From the human T2T-CHM13v2.0 reference genome, Homo sapiens: a DNA stretch of 64,000 nucleotides. The notes below the pieces were generated by a model, which was not told where the DNA came from, made no database searches, and worked only from the letters and a program-made list of their open reading frames with translations. Location of the stretch: NCBI RefSeq assembly GCF_009914755.1, contig NC_060928.1; one strand, given 5' to 3'. Shown piece after piece: positions 26,969 through 40,405 of the stretch (position 1 is its first letter; every line of letters begins with the position of its first letter). The translations under genes were made by a program, and so were the position numbers.

Positions 26969-29900
26969 CATTCTCAGAAACTTCTTTGTGTTGTGTGTAC
27001 TCATGTAACAGTGTTGAACCATCCTTTTGACAGAGCAGTTTTGAAACACTCTTTTTGTAGAATCTGCAAGTGGATATTTGGATAGCTTTGAGGATTTCGT
27101 TGGAAACGGGATGACATATAATATCTAGAGAGAAGCATACTCAGGAACTTCTTTGTGATGTTTGCATTCAAGTCACAGAATTGAACATTCCCTTTCATAG
27201 AGCAGGTTTGAAACACTCTTTCTCTAGTATCTGGAAGTGGGCATTTCAAGCGCTTTCAGGCCTATGGAGAGAAAGGAAATACCTTCAAATAAAAACTAGA
27301 CAGAAGCATTCTCAGAAACTTATTTGTGATGTGTGTCCTCAACTAACAGAGTTGAACCTTTGTTTTGATACAGCATTTTGGAAACTCTCCTTTTGTAGAA
27401 TCTGCAGGTGGATATTTGGATAACTTTGAAGATTTCGTTGGAAACCGGAATATCTTCATATAAAATCAAGACAGAAGCATTCTCGGAAACATCTCTGTGA
27501 TGTTTGCATTCAACTCAGTAGAGTTGAACACTTCCTTTCATAGAGCAGGTTTGAAACACTCTTTCTGCACTACCTGGAAGCGGACATTTCGAGCGCTTTG
27601 AGGCCTATGGTGAAAAAGGAAATATCTTCTCATAAAAACCAGAAAGAAGCATTCTCAGAAACTTCTTTGTGTTGTGTGTACTCAAGTAACAGTGTTGAAC
27701 CTTCCTTTTGACACAGCAGTTTTGAAACACTCTTTTGGTAGAATCTGCAAGTGGATATTTGGATAGCTTTGAGGATTTCGTTGGAAACGGGTTATCTTCA
27801 TATAAAATCCAGACAGGAGCATTCTCAGAAACTTCTTTGTGCTGCATGTCCTCAATTCACAGAGCTGAACCTTTGTTTGGATACAGCATTTTGGAAACAT
27901 TCCTTTAGTAGAATCTGCAAGTTGATATTTAGATAGCTTTGAAGATTTCGTTGGAAACGGGAATATCTTCATAGAAAATCTAGACGGAAGCATTCTCAGA
28001 AACTGCTTTGTGATGTTTGCATTCAAGTCACAGAGTTGAATATTCCCTTTTATAGAGTAGGTTTGAAACACTCTTTCGGCACTACCTGGAAGTGGATATT
28101 TCGAGCTCTTTGAGGCCTATGGTTAAAAGGAAATATCTTCCCATAAAAACTAGACAGAAGCCGTCTCAGAAACTTGTTTGTGATGTGTGTATTCAACTAA
28201 CAGAGTTGAACATTTCTGTTACAGAGCAATTTTAAAACACTCTTTTTGTGGAATCTGAAAGTGGATAATTGGATAGCTTTGTGGATTTCGTTGGAAACGG
28301 GATGACGTATAAAATCTAGAGAGAAGCATTCTCAGGAACTTCTTTCTGATGTTTGCATTCAAGTCACAGAATTGAACATTCCTTTTCATAGTGCAGGTTT
28401 GAAACACTCTTTCTGTAGTATCTGGAAGTGGACATTTCAAGCGCTTTCAGGCCTACGGGGAGAAAGGAAATATCTTCAAATAAAAACTAGACAGAAGGAT
28501 TCTCAGAAACTTATTTGTGATGTGTGTCCTAAACGAACACAGTTGAACCTTTGTTTTGATACAGCATTTTGGAAACACTCCTTTTGTAGGATCTGCAGGT
28601 GGATATTTGGATAGATTTTAAGATTTCGTTGGAAACGGGAGTTTCTTCATAGAAACTCAAGACAGATGCATTCTCAGAAACATCTCTGTGATGTTTGCAT
28701 TCCACTCATAGAGTTGAAAACTTCCTTTCATAGAGCAGGTTTGAAACACTCTTTTTGTAATATTTGGAAGTGGACATTTGCAGCGCTTTGAGGCCTATGG
28801 TGAAAAAGGAAATATCTTCTCATAAAAACCAGAAACAAGCATTCTCAGAAACTTCTTTTTGATGTGTGTACTCAAGTAACAGAGTTGAACCTTCCTTTTG
28901 ACACAGCAGTTTTGAAACAATCTTTTTGTAGAATCTGCAAGTGGATATTTGGATAGCTTTGAGGATTTCGTTGGAAACGGGATATCTTCATATAAAATCC
29001 AGACAGAAGCATTCTCAGAAACTTCTTTGTGCTGTATGTCCTCAATTAACAGAGTTGAACCATTGCTTGGATACAGCATTTTGGAAACATTCCTTGAGTA
29101 GAATCTGCAAGTTGATATTTAGATAGATTTGAAGATTTCGTTGGAAAAGGGAATATCTCCATATAAAATCTAGAGGGAAGCATTCTCAGAAACTGCTTTG
29201 TGATGTTTCCATTCAAGTCACAGAGTTGAATATTCCCTTTTATAGAGCACGTTTGAAACACTCTTTCTGCACTATCTGGAAGTGGACATTTCGAGCGCTT
29301 TGAGGCCTATGGTGAAAAAGGAAATATCTTCCCATAAAAACTAGACAGAAGCATTCTCAGAAACTTGTTTGTGATGTGTGTATTCAACTAACAGAGTTGA
29401 ACTTTTGTTTTTACAGAGCCGTTTTAAAACACTCTTTTTGTGGAATCAGAAAGTGGATATTCGGATGGCTCTGAGGATTTCGTTGGAAGCGGGATTACAT
29501 ATAAAATCTAGAGAGAAGCATTCTCAGGAACTTCTTTGTGATGTTTGCATTGAAGTCACAGAATTGAACATTCACTTTGATAGAGCAGGTTTGAAACACT
29601 CATTCTGTAGTATCTGGAAGTGGACATTTCAAGCGCTTTCAGGCCTATGGTGAGAAAGGAAATATCTTCGAATAAAAACTAGACAGAAGCATCCTCAGAA
29701 ACTTATTTGTGATGTGTGTCCTCAACTAACAGAGTTGAAACTTTGTTTTGATACAGCATTTTGGAAACACTCTTTTTGTAGAATCTGCAGGTGGATATTT
29801 GGATAGCTTAGAGGGATTCGTTGGAAAGGGGATATCTTCATATAAAATCTAGACAGAAGCATTCTCAGAAACTTATTTGTGATGTGTGTCCTCAACTAAC

Positions 29901-30200
29901 AGAGTTGAACCTTGGTTTTGATACAGCATTTTGGAAACACTCCTTTTGTAGAATCTGCAGGTGGATATGTGGATAGCTCTGAAGATTTCGTTGGAAACGG
30001 GAATTTCTTCATATAAAATCAAACAGAAGCATTCTCAGAAACTTCTCAGTGATGTTTGCATTCAGCTCATGGAGTTGAACACTTCCTTTCATAGAGCCGG
30101 TTTGAAACACTCTTTCTGCACTACCTGGAAGAGGCCATTTCGAGCGCTTTGAGTCCTATGGTGAAAAAGGAAATATCTTCTCATAAAAACCAGAAAGAAG
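26969..30200 (+). repeat. Canonical 19-mer HOR (3232 bp)
   Basis: All monomers a-s present in order. Confidence 0.93.
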
Positions 30201-33200
30201 CATTCTCAGAAACTTCTTTGTGTTGTGTGTACTCATGTAACAGTGTTGAACCATCCTTTTGACAGAGCAGTTTTGAAACACTCTTTTTGTAGAATCTGCA
30301 AGTGGATATTTGGATAGCTTTGAGGATTTCGTTGGAAACGGGATGACATATAATATCTAGAGAGAAGCATTCTCAGGAACTTCTTTGTGATGTTTGCATT
30401 CAAGTCACAGAATTGAACATTCCCTTTCATAGAGCAGGTTTGAAACACTCTTTCTCTAGTATCTGGAAGTGGGCATTTCAAGCGCTTTCAGGCCTATGGA
30501 GAGAAAGGAAATACCTTCAAATAAAAACTAGACAGAAGCATTCTCAGAAACTTATTTGTGATGTGTGTCCTCAACTAACAGAGTTGAACCTTTGTTTTGA
30601 TACAGCATTTTGGAAACACTCCTTTTGTAGAATCTGCAGGTGGATATTTGGATAACTTTGAAGATTTCGTTGGAAACCGGAATATCTTCATATAAAATCA
30701 AGACAGAAGCATTCTCGGAAACATCTCTGTGATGTTTGCATTCAACTCAGTAGAGTTGAACACTTCCTTTCATAGAGCCGGTTTGAAACACTCTTTCTGC
30801 ACTACCTGGAAGCGGACATTTCGAGCGCTTTGAGGCCTATGGTGAAAAAGGAAATATCTTCTCATAAAAACCAGAAAGAAGCATTCTCAGAAACTTCTTT
30901 GTGTTGTGTGTACTCAAGTAACAGTGTTGAACCTTCCTTTTGACACAGCAGTTTTGAAACACTCTTTTGGTAGAATCTGCAAGTGGATATTTGGATAGCT
31001 TTGAGGATTTCGTTGGAAACGGGTTATCTTCATATAAAATCCAGACAGGAGCATTCTCAGAAACTTCTTTGTGCTGCATGTCCTCAATTCACAGAGCTGA
31101 ACCTTTGTTTGGATACAGCATTTTGGAAACATTCCTTTAGTAGAATCTGCAAGTTGATATTTAGATAGCTTTGAAGATTTCGTTGGAAACGGGAATATCT
31201 TCATAGAAAATCTAGACGGAAGCATTCTCAGAAACTGCTTTGTGATGTTTGCATTCAAGTCACAGAGTTGAATATTCCCTTTTATAGAGTAGGTTTGAAA
31301 CACTCTTTCGGCACTACCTGGAAGTGGATATTTCGAGCTCTTTGAGGCCTATGGTTAAAAGGAAATATCTTCCCATAAAAACTAGACAGAAGCCGTCTCA
31401 GAAACTTGTTTGTGATGTGTGTATTCAACTAACAGAGTTGAACATTTCTGTTACAGAGCAATTTTAAAACACTCTTTTTGTGGAATCTGAAAGTGGATAA
31501 TTGGATAGCTTTGTGGATTTCGTTGGAAACGGGATGACGTATAAAATCTAGAGAGAAGCATTCTCAGGAACTTCTTTCTGATGTTTGCATTCAAGTCACA
31601 GAATTGAACATTCCTTTTCATAGTGCAGGTTTGAAACACTCTTTCTGTAGTATCTGGAAGTGGACATTTCAAGCGCTTTCAGGCCTACGGGGAGAAAGGA
31701 AATATCTTCAAATAAAAACTAGACAGAAGGATTCTCAGAAACTTATTTGTGATGTGTGTCCTAAACGAAAACAGTTGAACCTTTGTTTTGATACAGCATT
31801 TTGGAAACACTCCTTTTGTAGGATCTGCAGGTGGATATTTGGATAGATTTTAAGATTTCGTTGGAAACGGGAGTTTCTTCATAGAAACTCAAGACAGATG
31901 CATTCTCAGAAACATCTCTGTGATGTTTGCATTCCACTCATAGAGTTGAAAACTTCCTTTCATAGAGCAGGTTTGAAACACTCTTTTTGTAATATTTGGA
32001 AGTGGACATTTGCAGCGCTTTGAGGCCTATGGTGAAAAAGGAAATATCTTCTCATAAAAACCAGAAACAAGCATTCTCAGAAACTTCTTTTTGATGTGTG
32101 TACTCAAGTAACAGAGTTGAACCTTCCTTTTGACACAGCAGTTTTGAAACAATCTTTTTGTAGAATCTGCAAGTGGATATTTGGATAGCTTTGAGGATTT
32201 CGTTGGAAACGGGATATCTTCATATAAAATCTAGACAGAAGCATTCTCAGAAACTTCTTTGTGCTGTATGTCCTCAATTAACAGAGTTGAACCATTGCTT
32301 GGATACAGCATTTTGGAAACATTCCTTTAGTAGAATCTGCAAGTTGATATTTAGATAGATTTGAAGATTTCGTTGGAAAAGGGAATATCTCCATATAAAA
32401 TCTAGACGGAAGCATTCTCAGAAACTGCTTTGTGATGTTTCCATTCAAGTCACAGAGTTGAATATTCCCTTTTATAGAGCACGTTTGAAACACTCTTTCT
32501 GCACTATCTGGAAGTGGACATTTCGAGCGCTTTGAGGCCTATGGTGAAAAAGGAAATATCTTCCCATAAAAATTAGACAGAAGCATTCTCAGAAACTTGT
32601 TTGTGATGTGTGTATTCAACTAACAGAGTTGAACTTTTGTTTTTACAGAGCCGTTTTAAAACACTCTTTTTGTGGAATCAGAAAGTGGATATTCGGATGG
32701 CTCTGAGGATTTCGTTGGAAGCGGGATTACATATAAAATCTAGAGAGAAGCATTCTCAGGAACTTCTTTGTGATGTTTGCATTGAAGTCACAGAATTGAA
32801 CATTCACTTTGATAGAGCAGGTTTGAAACACTCATTCTGTAGTATCTGGAAGTGGACATTTCAAGCGCTTTCAGGCCTATGGTGAGAAAGGAAATATCTT
32901 CGAATAAAAACTAGACAGAAGCATCCTCAGAAACTTATTTGTGATGTGTGTCCTCAACTAACAGAGTTGAAACTTTGTTTTGATACAGCATTTTGGAAAC
33001 ACTCCTTTTGTAGAATCTGCAGGTGGATATGTGGATAGCTCTGAAGATTTCGTTGGAAACGGGAATTTCTTCATATAAAATCAAACAGAAGCATTCTCAG
33101 AAACTTCTCAGTGATGTTTGCATTCAGCTCATGGAGTTGAACACTTCCTTTCATAGAGCCGGTTTGAAACACTCTTTCTGCACTACCTGGAAGAGGCCAT

Positions 33201-33262
33201 TTCGAGCGCTTTGAGTCCTATGGTGAAAAAGGAAATATCTTCTCATAAAAACCAGAAAGAAG
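30201..33262 (+). repeat. 18-mer HOR (3062 bp, q/r hybrid)
   Basis: q/r hybrid at ~32922. Confidence 0.92.
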
Positions 33263-36200
33263 CATTCTGAGAAACTTCTTTGTGTTGTGTGTACTCATGT
33301 AACAGTGTTGAACCATCCTTTTGACAGAGCAGTTTTGAAACACTCTTTTTGTAGAATCTGCAAGTGGATATTTGGATAGCTTTGAGGATTTCGTTGGAAA
33401 CGGGATGACATATAATATCTAGAGAGAAGCATTCTCAGGAACTTCTTTGTGCTGTTTGCATTCAAGTCACAGAATTGAACATTCCCTTTCATAGAGCAGA
33501 TTTGAAACACTCTTTCTCTAGTATCTGGAAGTGGGCATTTCAAGCGCTTTCAGGCCTATAGAGAGAAAGGAAATACCTTCAAATAAAAACTAGACAGAAG
33601 CATTCTCAGAAACTTATTTGTGATGTGTGTCCTCAACTAACAGAGTTGAACCTTTGTTTTGATACAGCATTTTGGAAACACTCCTTTTGTAGAATCTGCA
33701 GGTGGATATTTGGATAGCTTAGAGGGATTCGTTGGAAAGGGGATATCTTCATATAAAATCTAGACAGAAGCATTCTCAGAAACTTATTTGTGATGTGTGT
33801 CCTCAACTAACAGAGTTGAACCTTTGTTTTGATACAGCATTTTGGAAACACTCCTTTTGTAGAATCTGCAGGTGGATATTTGGATAACTTTGAAGATTTC
33901 GTTGGAAACCGGAATATCTTCATATAAAATCAAGACAGAAGCATTCTCGGAAACATCTCTGTGATGTTTGCATTCAACTCAGTAGAGTTGAACACTTCCT
34001 TTCATAGAGCCGGTTTGAAACACTCTTTCTGCACTACCTGGAAGCGGACATTTCGAGCGCTTTGAGGCCTATGGTGAAAAAGGAAATATCTTCTCATAAA
34101 AACCAGAAAGAAGCATTCTCAGAAACTTCTTTGTGTTGTGTGTACTCAAGTAACAGTGTTGAACCTTCCTTTTGACACAGCAGTTTTGAAACACTCTTTT
34201 GGTAGAATCTGCAAGTGGATATTTGGATAGCTTTGAGGATTTCGTTGGAAACGGGTTATCTTCATATAAAATCCAGACAGGAGCATTCTCAGAAACTTCT
34301 TTGTGCTGCATGTCCTCAATTCACAGAGCTGAACCTTTGTTTGGATACAGCATTTTGGAAACATTCCTTTAGTAGAATCTGCAAGTTGATATTTAGATAG
34401 CTTTGAAGATTTCGTTGGAAACGGGAATATCTTCATAGAAAATCTAGACGGAAGCATTCTCAGAAACTGCTTTGTGATGTTTGCATTCAAGTCACAGAGT
34501 TGAATATTCCCTTTTATAGAGTAGGTTTGAAACACTCTTTCGGCACTACCTGGAAGTGGATATTTCGAGCTCTTTGAGGCCTATGGTTAAAAGGAAATAT
34601 CTTCCCATAAAAACTAGACAGAAGCCGTCTCAGAAACTTGTTTGTGATGTGTGTATTCAACTAACAGAGTTGAACATTTCTGTTACAGAGCAATTTTAAA
34701 ACACTCTTTTTGTGGAATCTGAAAGTGGATAATTGGATAGCTTTGTGGATTTCGTTGGAAACGGGATGACGTATAAAATCTAGATTGAAGCATTCTCAGG
34801 AACTTCTTTCTGATGTTTGCATTCAAGTCACAGAATTGAACATTCCTTTTCATAGTGCAGGTTTGAAACACTCTTTCTGTAGTATCTGGAAGTGGACATT
34901 TCAAGCGCTTTCAGGCCTACGGGGAGAAAGGAAATATCTTCAAATAAAAACTAGATAGAAGGATTCTCAGAAACTTATTTGTGATGTGTGTCCTAAACGA
35001 ACACAGTTGAACCTTTGTTTTGATACAGCATTTTGGAAACACTCCTTTTGTAGGATCTGCAGGTGGATATTTGGATAGATTTTAAGATTTCGTTGGAAAC
35101 GGGAGTTTCTTCATAGAAACTCAAGACAGATGCATTCTCAGAAACATCTCTGTGATGTTTGCATTCCACTCATAGAGTTGAAAACTTCCTTTCATAGAGC
35201 AGGTTTGAAACACTCTTTTTGTAATATTTGGAAGTGGACATTTGCAGCGCTTTGAGGCCTATGGTGAAAAAGGAAATATCTTCTCATAAAAACCAGAAAC
35301 AAGCATTCTCAGAAACTTCTTTTTGATGTGTGTACTCAAGTAACAGAGTTGAACCTTCCTTTTGACACAGCAGTTTTGAAACAATCTTTTTGTAGAATCT
35401 GCAAGTGGATATTTGGATAGCTTTGAGGATTTCGTTGGAAACGGGATATCTTCATATAAAATCTAGACAGAAGCATTCTCAGAAACTTCTTTGTGCTGTA
35501 TGTCCTCAATTAACAGAGTTGAACCATTGCTTGGATACAGCATTTTGGAAACATTCCTTTAGTAGAATGTGCAAGTTGATATTTAGATAGATTTGAAGAT
35601 TTCGTTGGAAAAGGGAATATCTCCATATAAAATCTAGAGGGAAGCATTCTCAGAAACTGCTTTGTGATGTTTCCATTCAAGTCACAGAGTTGAATATTCC
35701 CTTTTATAGAGCACGTTTGAAACACTCTTTCTGCACTATCTGGAAGTGGACATTTCGAGCGCTTTGAGGCCTATGGTGAAAAAGGAAATATCTTCCCATA
35801 AAAACTAGACAGAAGCATTCTCAGAAACTTGTTTGTGATGTGTGTATTCAACTAACAGAGTTGAACTTTTGTTTTTACAGAGCCGTTTTAAAACACTCTT
35901 TTTGTGGAATCAGAAAATGGATATTCGGATGGCTCTGAGGATTTCGTTGGAAGCGCGATTACATATAAAATCTAGAGAGAAGCATTCTCAGGAACTTCTT
36001 TGTGATGTTTGCATTGAAGTCACAGAATTGAACATTCACTTTGATAGAGCAGGTTTGAAACACTCATTCTGTAGTATCTGGAAGTGGACATTTCAAGCGC
36101 TTTCAGGCCTATGGTGAAAAAGGAAATATCTTCGAATAAAAACTAGACAGAAGCATCCTCAGAAACTTATTTGTGATGTGTGTCCTCAACTAACAGAGTT

Positions 36201-36494
36201 GAAACTTTGTTTTGATACAGCATTTTGGAAACACTCCTTTTGTAGAATCTGCAGGTGGATATGTGGATAGCTCTGAAGATTTCGTTGGAAACGGGAATTT
36301 CTTCATATAAAATCAAACAGAAGCATTCTCAGAAACTTCTCAGTGATGTTTGCATTCAGCTCATGGAGTTGAACACTTCCTTTCATAGAGCCGGTTTGAA
36401 ACACTCTTTCTGCACTACCTGGAAGAGGCCATTTCGAGCGCTTTGAGTCCTATGGTGAAAAAGGAAATATCTTCTCATAAAAACCAGAAAGAAG
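33263..36494 (+). repeat. Non-canonical 19-mer (3232 bp): a-b-[c/q hybrid]-c...p-q/r-s
   Basis: An extra monomer at 33601-33770 ends in the q signature tagcttagagggattcg; q/r hybrid at ~36154. Confidence 0.88.
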
Positions 36495-38364
36495 CATTCT
36501 GAGAAACTTCTTTGTGTTGTGTGTACTCATGTAACAGTGTTGAACCATCCTTTTGACAGAGCAGTTTTGAAACACTCTTTTTGTAGAATCTGCAAGTGGA
36601 TATTTGGATAGCTTTGAGGATTTCGTTGGAAACGGGATGACATATAATATCTAGAGAGAAGCATTCTCAGGAACTTCTTTGTGCTGTTTGCATTCAAGTC
36701 ACAGAATTGAACATTCCCTTTCATAGAGCAGATTTGAAACACTCTTTCTCTAGTATCTGGAAGTGGGCATTTCAAGCGCTTTCAGGCCTATAGAGAGAAA
36801 GGAAATACCTTCAAATAAAAACTAGACAGAAGCATTCTCAGAAACTTATTTGTGATGTGTGTCCTCAACTAACAGAGTTGAACCTTTGTTTTGATACAGC
36901 ATTTTGGAAACACTCCTTTTGTAGAATCTGCAGGTGGATATTTGGATAGCTTTGAAGATTTCGTTGGAAACCGGAATATCTTGATATAAAATCAAGACAG
37001 AAGCATTCTCGGAAACATCTCTGTGATGTTTGCATGCAACTCAGTAGAGTTGAACACTTCCTTTCATAGAGCCGGTTTGAAACACTCTTTCTGCACTACC
37101 TGGAAGCGGACATTTCGAGCGCTTTGAGGCCTATGGTGAAAAAGGAAATATCTTCTCATAAAAACCAGAAAGAAGCATTCTCAGAAACTTCTTTGTGTTG
37201 TGTGTACTCAAGTAACAGTGTTGAACCTTCCTTTTGACACAGCAGTTTTGAAACACTCTTTTGGTAGAATCTGCAAGTGGATATTTGGATAGCTTTGAGG
37301 ATTTCGTTGGAAACGGGTTATCTTCATATAAAATCCAGACAGGAGCATTCTCAGAAACTTCTTTGTGCTGCATGTCCTCAATTCACAGAGCTGAACCTTT
37401 GTTTGGATACAGCATTTTGGAAACATTCCTTGAGTAGAATCTGCAAGTTGATATTTAGATAGCTTTGAAGATTTCGTTGGAAACGGGAATATCTTCATAG
37501 AAAATCTAGACGGAAGCATTCTCAGAAACTGCTTTGTGATGTTTGCATTCAAGTCACAGAGTTGAATATTCCCTTTTATAGAGTAGGTTTGAAACACTCT
37601 TTTGGCACTATCTGGAAGTGGATATTTCGAGCTCTTTGAGGCCTATGGTTAAAAGGAAATATCTTCCCATAAAAACTAGACAGAAGCCGTCTCAGAAACT
37701 TGTTTGTGATGTGTGTATTCAACTAACAGAGTTGAACATTTCTGTTACAGAGCAATTTTAAAACACTCTTTTTGTGGAATCTGAAAGTGGATAATTGGAT
37801 AGCTTTGTGGATTTCGTTGGAAACGGGATGACGTATAAAATCTAGATTGAAGCATGCTCAGGAACTTCTTTCTGATGTTTGCATTCAAGTCACAGAATTG
37901 AACATTCCTTTTCATAGTGCAGGTTTGAAACACTCTTTCTGTAGTATCTGGAAGTGGACATTTCAAGCGCTTTCAGGCCTACGGGGAGAAAGGAAATATC
38001 TTCAAATAAAAACTAGACAGAAGGATTCTCAGAAACTTATTTGTGATGTGTGTCCTAAACGAACACAGTTGAACCTTTGTTTTGATACAGCATTTTGGAA
38101 ACACTCCTTTTGTAGAATCTGCAGGTGGATATGTGGATAGCTCTGAAGATTTCGTTGGAAACGGGAATTTCTTCATATAAAATCAAACAGAAGCATTCTC
38201 AGAAACTTCTCAGTGATGTTTGCATTCAGCTCATGGAGTTGAACACTTCCTTTCATAGAGCCGGTTTGAAACACTCTTTCTGCACTACCTGGAAGAGGAC
38301 ATTTCGAGCGCTTTGAGTCCTATGGTGAAAAAGGAAATATCTTCTCATAAAAACCAGAAAGAAA
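36495..38364 (+). repeat. 11-mer variant a-i, j/r hybrid, s (1870 bp)
   Basis: The monomer at ~38024 starts as j (cctaaacgaacacag) and ends as r (gtagaatc...gatatgtggatagctctg). Confidence 0.9.
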
Positions 38365-40405
38365 CATTCTCAGAAACTTCTTTGTGTTGTGTGTACTCAT
38401 GTAACAGTGTTGAACCATCCTTTTGACAGAGCAGTTTTGAAACACTCTTTTTGTAGAATCTGCAAGTGGATATTTGGATAGCTTTCAGGATTTCGTTGGA
38501 AACGGGATGACATATAATATGTAGAGAGAAGCATTCTCAGGAACTTCTTTGTGATGTTTGCATTCAAGTCACAGAATTGAACATTCCCTTTCATAGAGCA
38601 GGTTTGAAACACTCTTTCTCTAGTATCTGGAAGTTGGCATTTCAAGCGCTTTCAGGCCTATGGAGAGAAAGGAAATACCTTCAAATAAAAACTAGACAGA
38701 AGCATTCTCAGAAACTTATTTGTGATGTGTGTCCTCAACTAACAGAGTTGAACCTTTGTTTTGATACAGCATTTTGGAAACACTCCTTTTGTAGAATCTG
38801 CAGGTGGATATTTGGATAACTTTGAAGATTTCGTTGGAAACCGGAATATCTTCATATAAAATCAAGACAGAAGCATTCTCGGAAACATCTCTGTGATGTT
38901 TACATTCCACTCATAGAGTTGAAAACTTCCTTTCATAGAGCAGGTTTGAAACACTCTTTTTGTAATATTTGGAAGTGGACATTTGCAGCGCTTTGAGGCC
39001 TATGGTGAAAAAGGAAATATCTTCTCATAAAAACCAGAAACAAGCATTCTCAGAAACTTCTTTTTGATGTGTGTACTCAAGTAACAGAGTTGAACCTTCC
39101 TTTTGACACAGCAGTTTTGAAACAATCTTTTTGTAGAATCTGCAAGTGGATATTTGGATAGCTTTGAGGATTTCGTTGGAAACGGGTTATCTTCATATAA
39201 AATCTAGACAGAAGCATTCTCAGAAACTTCTTTGTGCTGTATGTCCTCAATTAACAGAGTTGAACCATTGCTTGGATACAGCATTTTGGAAACATTCCTT
39301 GAGTAGAATCTGCAAGTTGATATTTAGATAGATTTGAAGATTTCGTTGGAAAAGGGAATATCTCCATATAAAATCTAGAGGGAAGCATTCTCAGAAACTG
39401 CTTTGTGATGTTTCCATTCAAGTCACAGAGTTGAATATTCCCTTTTATAGAGCACGTTTGAAACACTCTTTCTGCACTATCTGGAAGTGGACATTTCGAG
39501 CGCTTTGAGGCCTATGGTGAAAAAGGAAATATCTTCCCATAAAAACTAGACAGAAGCATTCTCAGAAACTTGTTTGTGATGTGTGTATTCAACTAACAGA
39601 GTTGAACTTTTGTTTTTACAGAGCCGTTTTAAAACACTCTTTTTGTGGAATCAGAAAGTGGATATTCGGATGGCTCTGAGGATTTCGTTGGAAGCGGGAT
39701 TACATATAAAATCTAGAGAGAAGCATTCTCAGGAACTTCTTTGTGATGTTTGCATTGAAGTCACAGAATTGAACATTCACTTTGATAGAGCAGGTTTGAA
39801 ACACTCATTCTGTAGTATCTGGAAGTGGACATTTCAAGCGCTTTCAGGCCTATGGTGAGAAAGGAAATATCTTCGAATAAAAACTAGACAGAAGCATCCT
39901 CAGAAACTTATTTGTGATGTGTGTCCTCAACTAACAGAGTTGAAACTTTGTTTTGATACAGCATTTTGGAAACACTCTTTTTGTAGAATCTGCAGGTGGA
40001 TATTTGGATAGCTTAGAGGGATTCGTTGGAAAGGGGATATCTTCATATAAAATCTAGACAGAAGCATTCTCAGAAACTTATTTGTGATGTGTGTCCTCAA
40101 CTAACAGAGTTGAACCTTGGTTTTGATACAGCATTTTGGAAACGCTCCTTTTGTAGAATCTGCAGGTGGATATGTGGATAGCTCTGAAGATTTCGTTGGA
40201 AACGGGAATTTCTTCATATAAAATCAAACAGAAGCATTCTCAGAAACTTCTCAGTGATGTTTGCATTCAGCTCATGGAGTTGAACACTTCCTTTCATAGA
40301 GCCGGTTTGAAACACTCTTTCTGCACTACCTGGAAGAGGACATTTCGAGCGCTTTGAGTCCTATGGTGAAAAAGGAAATATCTTCTCATAAAAACCAGAA
40401 AGAAG
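38365..40405 (+). repeat. 12-mer variant a-b-c-d/k-l...s (2041 bp)
   Basis: The monomer at ~38874 starts as d (cattctcggaaac) and continues as k (ttccactcatag); 7 monomers (1191 bp) lost. Confidence 0.9.
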
